Of a stretch of DNA of 64,000 nucleotides, positions 47,401-61,789 are shown piece by piece. Under the pieces are notes generated by a model. It was not told where the DNA came from, did no database searches, and worked only from the letters and a program-made list of their open reading frames with translations. Each line of letters opens with the position of its first letter. Position 1 is the first letter of the stretch. Source of the stretch: Lophium mytilinum (lineage: Eukaryota); assembly GCA_010093605.1 (NCBI GenBank), contig MU004189.1, positions 565,834 to 629,833 of the forward strand, written 5' to 3'. The position numbers were made by a program, and so were the translations under genes.

Positions 47401-49428
47401 AAGATGATACGATTCTCCATGGACATTCTTCAATCCGTTCTTCGCAAACAGGACTCACTTCAAACACCACAGAATGTCGCAGGTTTCATACCGATCATCA
47501 GCAACTTCCTCATTCAAGGACAAGAAGAAGTTCAAGTCTCAGCCATGCGCCTCCTCACAACCATCATCAAGGTGCCCCTTCCCCTAATCGACAAGAATGC
47601 TCCACTCTACGTCGCCGAAGCTGTTCAAAGTATCAAGAACTCACCGTCAAGCAACACGGAATTGGCGCAGGCAGCCTTGAAGCTGATCTCTGCAATCCTT
47701 CGTGAGAGGCGAGATGTCAAGGTTAAGGAAAAGGACATTGCCTATCTTCTCAAGCAACTCAAGCCTGATCTCGACGAGCCAGACCGTCAAGGTGTAACTT
47801 TCAATTTCCTGAGAGCAGTGATGGCACGCAAAATAGCAATACCGGAGGTTTACGAGGTAATCGATGTGGTTGCTGCCATGATGGTCACCAATCAGACGCG
47901 AGGCTCGAGAGATGCAGCGCGGAGTGTGTATTTCCAGTTCTTTATGGAATATCCCCAGGCTGAGAAGAGATTCGAGAAGCAACTCGAGTTCTTGATAAAG
48001 AACTTGAGCTACAAGTATGTTGAGGGAAGACAATCTGTGATGGAAGTCGTCAATCTTTTGGTCACCAAGGTCGGCGACAAAAAGATCCAGGAAATCCTCA
48101 AGTTGGTCTTCATACCGCTTGCGGTTCAGATGTTCAACGATGAGTCTAAGGAATGTCGGGAGATGGCGAGTGCTCTCTTGAAGAAGGTTTTTGAACGCGC
48201 GGATGGCGAGGAGACGAAACGGATCATTGAGCAGCTCAAGAGGTGGATGGAGCAGGACAACAAAGGTCTCAAGCGACTGTCGATGCAGAGCTTCGGACTG
48301 TTCGTTGAAGTTACAGAGGGCCAGTCGAAGGAAGTCGGGTACGTACTCGATCACATCGAGCAAAACATCGCAGACCACGCCGACCTAGACGAGGATGGAT
48401 CATGGGAGCTCGTCTTCTATTCCCTGAACACTTTTTCAAAACTTTGCAAATACGCTCCCAGCAAAACATTCGCTGTAGGTATGGAAGGTCTATGGGCTTC
48501 AGTCCGCAGATGCATATCCTTCCCACACGTATGGGTCAAAGTCACAGCTGCCCGACTAATCCAGCGATACTTCGGCGACTTCGCCTCCAAAAACGCTGAG
48601 ACCGGACTGGACTCGCTTCCTCTCATCGGCTCCGGCGGTCTGGAGCTCAATGGCGGAGAAATGCTCGACATCATGAACGGCACCATAAAGGTCCTCCGTG
48701 TCCCCAAATCCAGCGACGAACTCTCACGCGTATCCGAGGAACTCTGCGCCGACAGCATCCGCAACCTCGCCTTCCTCGCACGCTGCTTCGCCGCCAACGG
48801 GCTCAAATACAACCGTCGCAAAGTCACAGCCGACGAGAATGAGGATGAGGAAGAGGAAGAAGGCCCTGCCCAGGACTCCGACCCGGACGACTTCAACGGC
48901 TTCTCCCCCGAGCCCGAGACGCTCCCAACAGCCCTCCACACCCTCCTATCCCGCCTCGCGCACCTCCTCCGATCTGAAACCAAAATAATGCGCCTTGAAG
49001 CGCTGTTTCCCAAAACCGCGACCCTGGCTTTGCTCTTCTCTCTTTGCTCATCCCTACCTACTGAATCTCTGAAACCCTCTTTACCACTCCTCCTCTCCCC
49101 GCTGCTCACGCTTATCGACCCCGCCACCACGGTGCCGCGGTCTACTGATCCCGCATTCAACGACGCGTACAAAGCACTCACGGAAAAAGCGCAAGAGATT
49201 TTGGCAACACTGCAAAAGAGACTAGGGACGACGGCGTACGTGGCCGTGGTAGGAGAAGTGCAGCGAGGGATCCGTGAGAGGCGGGACGGGAGGAGGGCGA
49301 AGAGGCGGGTTGAGGCTGTGTCGAAGCCAGAGGAGTTTGGGAGGGAGAAGAGGCGGCGGCAGGATGTCAAGAGGGTTAAACGCAAGGAGAAGGGGAGTGA
49401 GGCTAGGGGTGCGAGGAGGGGGTGGTGA
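41401..49428 (+). CDS. UTP20: U3 snoRNP/SSU processome HEAT-repeat protein Utp20
   Basis: N-terminal HHFESFSQRIAKLNIDP, DRIM-like region, LQRGYQLHVLSF and basic C-terminus. Intron 42765-42812; about 2,660 aa. Confidence 0.95.
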
Positions 49429-49799
49429 GAGAGAGCGATGGAAGGTGGGATGGAGTTGTGTGGATGTGGAGTTTGGGATATCGGTAAATCATGAGGCCTT
49501 CAGGAGCCTCCGGAAAATGGCATCTTCCATATGATAGGTTAGCATGTTAATGAAAGCATTCCTGCGTTTATTCAACCCCATTCTAAGCATGTGTGTTCGA
49601 GGATTTTTGCACGCTCAATCACAGCAGGTCCTGCCTATCGAAGTATTGTGATAATAGAGTACATTCGCGTCCTATGCAATAGTGTTACCTTGCCTTGTAT
49701 ATCAATACCCAAGCCCATGATATCTCAGAGATCCCTATGCTGTGACCAAAACGCCCCTCTCATGCTTAAGACCCAAGAAAACGAGAATACCAACCCCCT

Positions 49800-52683
49800 T
49801 CAGATCCCTACCCCCGCTCCCCTTCCCTGGGTATGCGCGCCCCCAAACTGCGCCAAAATTCCCAAGACACCGCCCTGCCCCCCCTTCCTCGCCTCCTCCT
49901 GCGCCTCCGCCTCCGCCTCGTCCTCCGCCTGTGCGAGCTTCGTCGTCTTCCACGAGTCCCCAAAGCTGCTGTCCTCCTCCATGATGCGGCTCGAGTTTCG
50001 CGTGGGGAGGTCAGCTTCATCGAGCTCGTCGGGGTCCTCAATGCCGGTGAGGGGGTTGCGATATTTCGCTTGCGCCTTTTGGAGCGGGGAGTTGCGGGGC
50101 TGGTGGTGCGGGTCTAGGAGAATGGAGTTCATGGGGGATGCGCGGCCGGGAGCGGGCATGTTTCGTGAGGTGCGGCGCTGGGCGGACTGGCGGCCAGAGG
50201 TGCCTCTGCTCGTGGAGCGGGCGGCTGCCATTTCAGACGGCAGGGCTTGTGTAGAAGCGCCAGCAAGAGCGCTGGGGAAGACCGGGGGAGGGTAGTGTGG
50301 TCGTTGGTTTTGTATGTGTCCGGCGTTGTGGCCACGATTGGTTGGTCCATAGTTGTCTAGGAATCCGTAGTATGACGCGAGCATCTTATTGTCTTTGGTC
50401 GTGTAGTAGTCTTCTCGTAGCCCAGAGTCTTCGCGGTCATTTGCATGATTGTTCTCTCCGCCGCGCTTAAAGTCAAAAACGGCAAAGGAGCAGACAGAGC
50501 CTAGGCCATCTACGTGGAGGGTAAATTCGCGGAAAAAGTCGACGATGCGCTCGGTGCTATTCGTCAATTTGAAGGCGAGAATGTAAGGCGTGATGAGTAT
50601 GCTCAAGAGCTCTTCAATGAAGATGACGATTTTGAGTTGATAAAGGGAAGAGAACTCATTGCGAACTTCGTCGGTGTTCAGTCGATCTTTCCAAGAAGCG
50701 GGCTCGTAGCGAGTGCACGCGATAACCTGCTTTATTGCGAACTCGGCGTCGGCGACCTGTTCATCTTTCCTGCTGCTGCTCCGTGCTATCCCGTAGATGA
50801 CTCCGAAGATGCCGAGATAGAAGATAACGCTTCTTCCAGCCGTGATCTCGAACCCGAGGAACAGCTCGGAATCCCACAGCGTGATAATGCCGAGAACGGC
50901 GGCGAATGCGCCAGCAACGAACGCCACGAAGCCAGCAAGCTGCTCCGTCTTGTCCTTGGGAAACGTCGCAAGGTATCGGTCGGCGAAGGGATATGCCATC
51001 TTCTCCCGCCGTTCGAACTGGTGCGGCAACTCATTGAATTCACGGAACTTCCACTGCGCCAAGGGCGTGAACATTCGGGTGTTCAGTTGTGAGGGGTCCT
51101 TGTGGTACTCCTGCCCGTACATGTGAGTTTTGTATTCTTTAGAGCGCTCTCACGCAAACTTACTGTGAAGTATTTGAATAGTAATGACGTTACGAAGAAC
51201 AGAACAGCGACCGGCGCACAGACTACGCTTATTATAGCGGTATTCCGAAACCTTGCATTCAGTTTGTCAACCAGCTCTCGTCGGTTGGACTCCTTAAGGA
51301 ATTTGGGATCTATCTCGTTGTTCTGACCAAATGCAAAGTCGATCACAGAAAGTCCCACATGCCATTCCGTAGTTCGGGAGAAGAAATTGCGTGTTCCTAA
51401 GAAAGGTATTTGAACGCCAAGATCCATGACCTCCTTGTTGAATATTGCGATAAGGTAGTTTTCGCGTCGCATGACGCGGTTGGCAATGTCGTGAGCATCC
51501 ATCCGTTGTCGCGACTTGTCTTGCAGAATCCTGCGGGCTCGAGGTGATATATTCTGTGCTGTCGAATAATTAGAATCCCTAAGCGCCATCAAGCGACTGA
51601 CAATCAACTGCCAGCTAGCAGACTGAATATTTCGATCCGGTATGTCCAGCAGGTAGTGATAGAAATTGTACATGTTCCACAGAGCAGGGATTTCCCTCAA
51701 GAGGCCGGCGAGCTGAACGAACCAAGTGACGATGAATATGTATATGAAGAGTTTCCAAAATCCGTGAATCCTGATAAATAATTAGCCACAAGCACTCCAT
51801 ATTGAGAAGTCATCGCTTACTGCTGAGTACATTTCGGCACCAGGACTTCCTCCATCGTTTTGCTACTTGATAGCTTCCAGAAGTTGACGCAAAATAAAAG
51901 GAACGTCAGGAAGCCTGTAAGAAATGCAGATTGCCTAAGCTTTGTCAGTAGAGACACATAAATGCGGACAACAGTAAGCTCTTACAGGAGAGCCAAAACT
52001 CTAGACAGTAGGATGGACCAAATTCCATGACCGTGATAGTATTGGCAGACTTTTCGGAGAAAATCATCAAGATCCTGGACGTTGACCCACATCCACATTG
52101 CCCTCTCTTTGGGATCGTTTGAAAGCTGGCCCGCACCAGCTGGAAGAGGCCTCCTGGCAGTGCGTGGTAAGTTTCGATCATCGTTATGAAGCCGTTGTTG
52201 GGCTTGGGCAGTCTCCCACTGAGTTCTCGTCTGGCGACTAGCAAATCCTGGCACAGGAGGAGGTAGAGAGGGATCAGGTCGGCGGTTCGCTGGAGTGCTT
52301 TGGCGCCGAGGCTCATCTGCCCCTTCAAGAAGCAGGGACTCCGGAACATCGTCGTCGTCATCGGAGTGCGCTCCTCTCCGCGTAGCAGAGGTTCCCCGTC
52401 CATGTTTTGCCCTGGATCCTGTGTGTGGTCCGCTCGTCCTTCGTTCTTTGTGGAGAAAGGCAGTGCTCTCAGTTGTGATATGACTGCTCGTTGCGTCGGC
52501 CAACAGATGGTCTAAGTCCTGTTCCTGAAAGCGTTCTCCAAGATTCTCCTCGTCTATGTCCATACCAAGTCCATCCTCAATATCGGAGGGGTCGGAGGGG
52601 CTGCGCCGGTGTCGAGGGTCGTAATTAGGGTGTTCGTCGGAGGCAGAAGGCAGGAGCCTCGAGAGGATGTTGGAGGCCATCAT
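49800..52683 (-). CDS. ATG9: Autophagy scramblase Atg9; 4 exons
   Basis: W.NVQDLD.FL, RMDAHDIANRVMRRENYLIA, WKFREFNEL.H and IVDFFREFTLHVDGLG.VCSFA. Confidence 0.95.
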
Positions 52684-53160
52684 AGTGGAGGAGCAGTTGG
52701 GGGTGGTGCAGAAGCCTGCGGCCGCTGCGGGAGGTGTGGGGAGCTGTTGCAGGCGCGGAGGGCGGAGGTGAAGAGGGGATCAGTGAGAGATCCACGCATG
52801 TCCAGGCTCGCATCCATGGGTCCTGGGTCATTAGTGCATGGCTCAGCAATCGCCGTGATTAAGTGTCAGGAAGGGCGTTTGAGGTCAGGTGGAAGGGTGT
52901 CGAATCGTGGTCGCCTGGCGAGTTGACTCTAGCTGTAGTCCCGTCTCTAGGCGTGCCCAACGTGTGATGCAACTGGTCATCGCCCCGTCGTTTGCGGGCA
53001 TGTGGCATGGCCGCTGCAGGCACCTGAAACTTGATATAAAGTAGTAGCTTCCAACTACCACTTACTCGCCTTGCCATCTCCCTCGGATCGGAAAAACCCG
53101 CACCCGTCGCCAGCCTGTCATCAAATTCAATGCACCAGACCTGTGATATGATACTCGGAA

Positions 53161-55299
53161 ATGGCGAGCAGTTACTTCCAGGAGAGGTCCGCGCCCGCGT
53201 CGCCAGACCTCCTGTCGCCGGCCACGCCCTCTCTCGGCGTCTCGTCCCGAAGCTCCAATGCTCTGTCAGGCAGGATCACAAGCGTCCTGTCGGCGTCATA
53301 TGCTGATCTCGATATCCGAGACGCTTTAGAGACCCTCAATGGCAGGGGCATTCGCAATACTGCAGAGACAAGGCGGCAGTTGAGGCTAGATGTCCAGAAA
53401 GAGGTTATCCAATGCAATGGGGACATTGTGAAGGATTTTGGTCAAGTTGCAGAGGTCAGTCATTCATATCATCACTCGTGCCGGTTTTGACTCGAGACGA
53501 AGCAACTAAAACGAATTGGCACGGCAATTTCGAACCTGAACCAGAGCTGTGCGGACTTGCGTGGACACATTTCTGCGGCAACCCACGAAACTGGCCCCGT
53601 CTTGGAGGAGGCAACCAGCCTTATGAATCAGAAAAAGCAAGTTGAGACGAAACAGCATGTGCTAGATGCGTTTAGTTCACACTTTGTCATATCCGATGAG
53701 GAAGCCACCGTATTGACATCCACCGCCGAGCCTGTGAACGAGGAGTTTTTCCAGACACTCACCAGGGCAAAGAAGATTCATCATGACTGCGAAGTACTCC
53801 TAGGGACTGAGGATCAGCGACTTGGCCTTGAGATTCTCGAGCAAAGTTCTAAGCAGCTGAATTCAGCCTTTCAAAAGTTGTACCGCTGGATTCAGCGTGA
53901 GTTCAAGACGCTGGACCTAGAGAATCCTCAGATCAATGCCTCCATACGGAGGTCTCTGCGAGTGCTGGCAGAGCGACCAACGCTATTCCAAAGCTGCTTG
54001 GACTTTTTCGCGGAAGCACGGGAAAACATACTCTCGGATTCCTTCTACACTGCCCTGACCGGATCCGCTTCGGATTTGCAGAGCATGTCTACCATGAAGC
54101 CGATCGAATTCCATGCCCATGACCCCCTCCGATACGTGGGCGACATGCTCGCCTGGGCCCATTCGGCTACCGTTTCGGAGAGAGAGGCACTCGAAGTCTT
54201 ATTCATTTCGGAGGGCGACGAGATTGCCCGCGGAATCCAAGCAGGTCTCGAGAGTGAACCTTGGTCGCGTCCAGATGGGGACGAGGAGATTTTCGATGGT
54301 CGAAAGGCACTGAATCAACTCGTCAGTCGCGACCTTACAGGAGTTGCGCGGCTGTTGCGGCAGCGAACCGAACAAGTCATACAGAGTCACGAAGATGCAA
54401 CGCTTGCGTACAAAATTGCGAATCTCATTGCTTTTTATAAGAACACCTTCTCCAGGCTACTCGGCAATGACTCCGAGGTGCTCGATGTCTTTACTGGGCT
54501 GGAGGAATCGGCAATGAGGCAATTCCGTGCAAATATGAGAGACCAGGTTGCTGCTGTCCAGAGCGAGCTTGCAGTTGCTCCGGAAGACTTGTCACCACCA
54601 GACTTCCTTGAAGATGCACTTCAAATGCTCAAGGCTTTAGCTAAGAGCTACGACACATCTATTGCCGCAACCGACGAAGGAGACAACGGATTCCAAGTCG
54701 TCCTGTCGGAAGCCCTTGACCCTTTTTTGAGCGGATGTGAAAACTTATACAAGAGACTCGCTGATCCCAAGAACGACATATTTGCCGTCAACTGTTTATT
54801 AGAGGCTAAGAACATTCTCACGCCTTACTCATTCGCGAGTGATCGCATTAGTGAGATGGAAGATACTAATGGCGAGCACTCCGCTAAGCTGGTGGAGTCT
54901 CAGCATCGATACTTGACATACGAATCTGGCATTGACGTCTTGCTGGAAGCGGTCAGCGGAATGTCCGACTCTGCGGAAGACATCGCAACGCTTGCTTCGC
55001 TGGAGCCCTTCAAGCCAGAGAACTTGATTGCCACAAGCCAGCAGCTAGACGACTTCCTCCCTTCAGCACTTATGGACGCGGCAGAGAATATCAAAAGATT
55101 GAGAAACTCAAGAATGGTTCAGAAAATCACGGAGGAAGCAGCAGGCAAGTTCTGCGAGGATTTCGAGTTCCTTGAGAGCAAAATCATAGCAGCGGATGAG
55201 TTGCTGGACGACGAAAGCGAATCGGAAGAGCAGCCAGTGGTGAGGCTGAGGGATATTTTCCCTCGCACAAGCGGTGAGATTCGGGTTCTTCTAAGCTAG
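53161..55299 (+). CDS. COG6: Conserved oligomeric Golgi complex subunit 6
   Basis: [23 protein letters not shown] and C-terminal [12 protein letters not shown]. Intron 53455-53502. Confidence 0.95.
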
Positions 55300-55469
55300 A
55301 AGGAATACGCTAGAGGGCGCTTCTTGTTGAAGCCATCGCCCGTGGCTTGTAGGGTAGAAATGCAGCCTAGTTTGGTTCATAACTCAAGTCGACCCTGGGG
55401 AAAGCAAGTCCGGATAGCCAAATGACACCTCATGTCTGCTGAGTAATTCAAACCGTGTCCGCAAAACGC

Positions 55470-55880
55470 TCAAGCCTGCGGCTTCTTCTTTTCCCACTCC
55501 TCGGGCGTATGACACTTGGGCGACCATGCATGTATCGCAGCGATCTCCTCCTTCAATGCGGCATTCACAAGTCGGTGTCTTGCCAGCGTTGTCTTCTTCG
55601 TGAACTGAGGCGATACAATGATAGCTTCAATCATTTGCCCACATCCATCTAGATTGGCATTTGCGGTTAGCGGCTGAACAATTTGCGAGGACCCATAGAA
55701 AATCTTGATAGAAAGTTTGATCAAGGAACGAAATAACCACCCTCATCGTCCACAACTAGATAGAATACCTTTATCGTCGATTTCCACATGGGTAGCCTCT
55801 AGTTTCTCAATCAATTTGCTCTTTAGCACCTCGGGTGTTATGCGCTGCGTCTCAGCAAGCTCGCCAGACGTGGAAGCCAT
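55470..55880 (-). CDS. BolA-family protein (Bol2/Fra2-like); 2 exons
   Basis: [46 protein letters not shown]. Intron 55768-55650. Confidence 0.9.
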
Positions 55881-56182
55881 AGTTGCGGGAGTTGACTCGT
55901 TGATGTGGAGGTTGCTGAGGGTTTGGGGCAAGCGCGGGTCCATGGCTGATATTATGAATTTTATCAATCTAATCTGATGTTGCGGTTCCTTCACGCCGAA
56001 TCTCGGATGATGACGTGCTGGGGTGTGCTCGGGCCAATTTGGCATTTGATCGTTCGACGCACGTGATGTGGGGTTTAGCGTGTTTCTTCCCAGTTCGTTG
56101 ATCGGCGTTGCTTTTTTCATACAACACATTTTGGATACTCTGGAGCAGCTTCATGTTCAGAACGGTTGCAAGGGCGTTCACG

Positions 56183-57580
56183 ATGACTTCTCCTACCGCT
56201 TCGGCACCTTTCTCGAAGGCGGTGGTTCATGCTATGCGGAAGCTGTACGTTTTACCAGCGCGTGCTGCGAAGCTCTGACTGACGAATATAGCTATCCAGA
56301 AGCGTTGGCAGACAAGAGCTGGGACAATACTGGGTGTATGACCACCCCCACAGCTCAATGCTGCAACAAGAGGGCTGACAGCGTGTCCAGTGCTCCTCGA
56401 ATCTCCCTTTGACCCTCTACGGCGGCAGATGAACTCAGTACTACTCACCGTCGACCTCACAAAGGCAGTTGCAGACGAAGCAATTGAACGAAACGACTCT
56501 GTAATAGTAGCCTACCGTGCGTCTCAGCCTCCTCTCACGACATCCCAATCCCTGACAAAGCTCCAAGCATAGACCCGATCATCTTCAGAGGCCTCAAATC
56601 CATCACCCTCGCCAACAGCCAGCAGCAATCGCTACTACGATTAGCTGCTGAAGGGATAAGCGTACGGAATTATAGAACCATACATATGACTTTCACTAAC
56701 AATGGTCAGGTATACAGCCCTCACACAGCCATCGACGCCGCCCCCGGAGGTCTAGGAGATTGGCTCGCGGACATCATCACGGGCGAGCCAGCCACAGCAC
56801 CAACAGATGGCGCCGTAATACCAGATGAGACGTCCTCAAAGTCCTCGAAGCCCTCAACACCCCAACCGCCCGAGGACGATCCGTTCCTAGAACCAAAGCG
56901 TCCAACATACCTGCTGCAACACCACCCCTCCACCGCAAACCTCCAAGATGGCGATCTGAAACTGTACGCACTCCCCTACCCCCCCCTGTAGCCGTCCAAG
57001 CTGATTGCATATGTGATACAGCGCCTCAACAGCCCACACCCGCCACCCCATCCGCCCCCTCGACCTGCCCGCCCACCCCGGCGCCGGCATGGGTCGCATC
57101 GTGCGCTTCTCCAAACCCCAATCCCTCCCGTCCCTCATCGAGCGCATCGGCCGCGGGCTCGGCAACCCAAAAGGCTTCCCGATTGCCATCCCGCAGGGCA
57201 AACAAATCCCCGACATGTCCATCTCCTCCGTCGGCATCTGCGCGGGGTCCGGCGGCGAGCTGCTCTCCGGCTTAGACGTCGATCTACTGTTCACGGGCGA
57301 GATGTCGCATCACGAGGCTTTGGCAGCAATCGAGAAGGGGCAGTGCGTTGTTACGCTGTTTCATAGTAATAGCGAGAGGGGGTTCTTGCATAGTGTGTTG
57401 AGGCAGCAGTTGCTGGAGGCTGTTAAGGCGGAGTGGGAGGTTGTGCGGAAGCAGGAGAGGGAAAGGGAAGGCGTAGAAGAAGAGGTGCTGGAAGCGTTGG
57501 AGGATGAGTACGTGGGGGTGGAGGTTAGTGAGAGGGATAGGGATCCGTATGGGATTGTTGTGTCGAAGGTTTATGATTAG
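56183..57580 (+). CDS. NIF3: NIF3/DUF34-family protein; 6 exons
   Basis: YPEALADKSWDNTGLLLE, AYHPIIF, VYSPHTAID, GMGR, ICAGSG, TGEMSHHE and HSNSERG. Five GT-AG introns. Confidence 0.93.
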
Positions 57581-57730
57581 GGGTGGGTGTGCGTGTGATA
57601 CCATGGGTTGGAGTGTCATCAGGTAATTTGACCTTTGTGTTGTATATTTTGCTAATAATGGATACAAAACTGCCTAGGCACATTATACGAGTCTACCAAG
57701 AAGTCCAATCAGGCAAAGGAACTAGATTGT

Positions 57731-58200
57731 TACTGAGCTGTGTAAACGGGAGATAGTTCGGATTCCAGCTCTCCTGATAGACCCGGCTCTAAATACTCTA
57801 ATTCCGTCTCCTTTTTGATGTCGAGTGCGAAAGGGTCTGAATCAGACCGCTGGAAAAGCTAACAATCTGCATACTGTCGGGATGTATAAACGGGAGCCAG
57901 TCCGCAACTTGGCGTATGTGAAAATCTAGAGCTTTAGAGGGTCTGATCTCGAATGCGTTTCGCAGTGTAAACCCCGCAAGCCTTTGAAATAGACCCATGA
58001 ATATGTATCCAGTTACATAATGTTGAGATGTATAAACGGGAGCCAGTCTGCAACTTGGCACCCTTAACAACTTCGAAGCTTTAACAGGTTTGATTTCAAG
58101 TGCTCTTTGCAATATGAATCTCGCAAGTCTTCAAGTCAGACTGTTGGAAAGGCTAACAGTTTGCAGTGTCGAGATATATGTACGGGAGCCAGCCCGCCAT
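57731..58200. repeat. Degenerate tandem array with ~146-bp period
   Basis: Core ..TAAACGGGAG(CCAG); CGGG anchors at 57747, 57891, 58037 and 58183. Confidence 0.85.
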
Positions 58201-58633
58201 CAGAACCACTCCTCGGTGTCATAATTTACACATCGCGAATCACATAGCACTCAACAGCAGGTACCGAGCATTCTCAATCCACGTCCGAGTTCCATCATCA
58301 GCAACCTTAAATCAAACGACCTCCTTCTCAGTCCCCACCCATCACCTTCCCTCAAATACCAATCCGTGTTATCCCACTCCATCCCAAACGTATCTGCCGG
58401 ACGCCACGCTGTCGATGCAAGAACAGCCGTCGGCCCTTCAAACACCATGCAATTAGACTCATCATCCGCGATCTCCCCAACAGCCCCTTTCTTAGCTTCG
58501 CAACTCTGTAAATGGACCAGTCTCATGTCCGTTCGGTCGTCAGCCCCAGTGTTACCACTCAACCCACTAACCAGCCCAAAACTCACCCATTGACAAGCGA
58601 CAAGAAGTACAATTCTATAGTCTTGCCGGTCTA

Positions 58634-60381
58634 CTACAGGATGTACCTAAACCCCTTGTTATCGATTTCCGTAACATCATGCATCCCCAGCTCAATCGCC
58701 TCCCTCTCCTGCTCCTCCGTCAACGCAATCCCATGCGCACCCTCCCTATCGCGCTTCTTATTGTCCGAATACATGTAAATATACAGCACAACCACCATCG
58801 CAAGCTTGATACAGTACCCTACCAGCATAGCAATGTACGCCGAATGGTACCCGGGCTTCTCGCTATCCTTGAACGTCTGCGGGCCGATGATATTGCCGAC
58901 GCAGTAACCCGTGAACAGCGCCGCGCCCGTCAGCTGCTTCTTAGTGTAGCCCGCGACATTCGACGACACCATTGTCAGGCTCATGCTGAAGCCCAGGCCC
59001 TGGAAGTAGCAGAGCCACAGCGCGACGAGCCGGCCCCATTTGTTGTGGCGGGGCAAGCCGACCAGCAGTCCGGCGCCGAGGATGCACATGGTGTTTGCGA
59101 AGATCATGGTGATGCAGCGGCTGTTGTTGGGGAACTTAGTGCAGATGATGCCACCAGCCATCAGGGAGAGGAATTGCACGGCGCCGCCGGGGATTTGCAT
59201 GTATTGGGTTCCGAGAGTGTCGAAGCCGAATGAACTGATTACTATGGAACCAAACTGGAAAGGGGGTTATTAGCTTGGATGATTATGAATTCGAGAGGCA
59301 GAACTTACGCTTGTCAAAGCGGAATTTGGAATCTGTGCACCGGTGGCCATGACAAACAATATCCAGGTTTTTGGATCCTTCACGGTCTGCCACGCTTGGT
59401 ACTTCTTGAAGTGGCGGTTCTTCACGCCCTGTCTATTGGCGGCTACGCGATCAACAGCGATTGCCCTCTCGTGTTCGGTCAGGAACTTGGCAGTGGATGG
59501 CAGGTCAGGTAGAACGAGCAGCGACACGATGCCCCATGCAATGCTGAGCGAGCCAAAGATGATGAAAACATACATCCAGCGCGCAATTCCCGTCTTAATA
59601 TGACCGACAGCGTATCCGATGAGTCTGCGTAAGGAGAGTGCGATATTAGCACGTGATCTGGAACGCTTTTGTGGGAAGAATGACGCCTACCCTCCAAACA
59701 TGGTCGCAATTCCGTTCGTGCAGTAGTACGTTTCCAGTCTCAGAGGCTGCTCAGCAGACGTATACCACATGCTCATGATCAGAACGAATCCCGGATTGAC
59801 GGTAGCTTCCATTGCACCGAGAAGGAAGCGGTTCGCGGCAATTCCTGCAAAATTTACGCAGGCGGGAGTCGTTATGAGGATGATACCCCATCCTTCCGAG
59901 TGTTAGTAAGGTTTATTCAATAGCTTCGTCTGAATTTTACACACCCAGGGTTGCAAATCCAAGAAATTTGGCGATGGGCAGCCGCTGCATGGCGTATCCT
60001 GCAGGATACTGAGCGAATAGGTACCCGAAATAGAATATGGAGCCTGTAAATGTGTGAGTATTTGCTCTACAAGATAACTTCAATGAACCAACCGAGCCAT
60101 GAGTAATCATCGCCTGTCAAGTGTGTGCCTTTCTGCAAGCCATAGACGCTAGCATAGTTGATGCCATTTTTGTCGAGGTATTGGAGCAGGTAAGTAATAA
60201 AAAGAACGGGGACAATTCGCAGGTCAATTTTTCTAAGAACTCGCTTCGCTTCGACAGGATCTATCTCAATGCCTTGGGCCTTTCTGAAGGTTTCGTAGCT
60301 ATCATCGAGCTCCGAGGAGCCGGCTGTGGATGGTGGGGAGGCATGGTTAATCTCCAGGTCTTTTTCGATAGACGTAGCCAT
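58634..60381 (-). CDS. MFS allantoate-permease (DAL5-like) transporter; 5 exons
   Basis: RKIDLRIVP..LQYLDK, WYTSAEQPLR, SSNVAGYTKK, GNIIGPQTF and D.TE..NKGFRY. Four GT-AG introns. Confidence 0.92.
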
Positions 60382-61789
60382 GGACTGCTAATTAAGGAGG
60401 CTTGAAAGCTTCACACCGCAGCAAGATAGAGATAGTCAGGGACCAGCGTAATATACCCTCAGGCCCATGGCCACGCTATCTTTCTGCTCACCACAGCGAA
60501 GGGAGCTCGCATCCTATTCAAGACGGTCGCCGATCGGTAAGGACTTTCTCTCCTCTTGGCTCCATCATCAACGCGGGCCAAGCGTCTTTTGGTAGTAGTG
60601 TTTCCGGCGTACGGGACGGCGGTTTCGTGGCGGGCAGTGCGGAGCTGTCCTACTTTCGACGGCACCCACGTAACGTGGACAGGGCAGCGCGCATGAACGA
60701 GCCGGTGAGCCGGGTCTTCCAGAGAATACCCGTAGAAGATATCCCCAAATGAGTGGTGATAGACAAGCCGGAGTTCTAGCAGCAGAGTGTGGTTGGTGGT
60801 TGGCAGCAGGACGAGGGCCGAACCGACCTCGCGACATTCGCTCAGATCTGACGTGCTTCATGATCGGCACCCTAAAACACAAACCCCACTACTCCATGTT
60901 GTGTTTCTCTACTAACGTAACCTTAAAGTAATAATGATAAGGTTGTGCTCGCCGTAAAAACGCACGTTGAGAAGTGCCTCATCCGGCCAGCGCTCTGGAT
61001 GATGTATTTCTGAAGTTGTATCCGTATCTTCCGCTGAAGCTCCTCTGCCAATTTCAAGTAACAAAAGCTCCCGACATGAAGGTTGGAAAGCCAACAGTGT
61101 AAGTGGTATGCAGCGAGTCTTGATCCGCACATCCCGCACTAGATCGTATGTTCCTAGATCAGTGTGTCGAAGCTTGTCAAGTTTCGAAGTCGATTGCAAG
61201 ATATGTTCGCACGGTCTAGGTCCTAATGCGTAGGGAGGTCAAGAAAAGCAAGGGTAATGATACTAAAAGGCATTGGGCACACTCCGGTTGGGGTTGTCAC
61301 AATGAGTTTCACCTTTTAGCATTGTTATAAAGTCGTGTGGTCTGTGGAGAAAGGTCAGGAAGTTTGTGATTAGAATACTTATGCGTTCCTACATCTGCGC
61401 ACGTTCTGAGCAATACTAACAGGAGAGGGGGAAGCCGAGTGCCTGACTTCTCGGTCTACCCCGTATACCGACTAGCATACAGGATAAAGCCATTAAGCAA
61501 CCTTTTGTCTGAGGCTATCTGGAGTTCGGAGGGCCGCTATTCCAATAGGTACTTCCTCCGAATAATTTTTCGGCAACATATGCGACTAACGGAACTTCAC
61601 ACACTCTGACCTCTATCGCTCTCTGTCTATTCGTTACAACAGTGCTACTTAAGACTCGTCCCTCTCAGGTAGTAGGTGCTTCGAAATTTGCTTTTGTAGT
61701 GTTTGTCTATCCACATCTACTTTTATACTTCTTGTACTTGAGCTACACTTAATGATACCAAGTCTTTCAACATTTATAAATTTTTCTTT

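Noticed and set aside
48417..50295. Long antisense ORFs over UTP20 and ATG9 (likewise over the BRCT and hydrolase genes)
   Set aside because: Shadow ORFs caused by GC-rich codon bias of the real genes.
60688..60760. Partial resemblance to a fungal TPP riboswitch (GAGCCGGTG..CAGAGAATACCCGTAGAA)
   Set aside because: Lacks CTGAGA and the CTTGAT..GGATAATACCAGCG P4/P5 half, and is antisense to the adjacent transporter.
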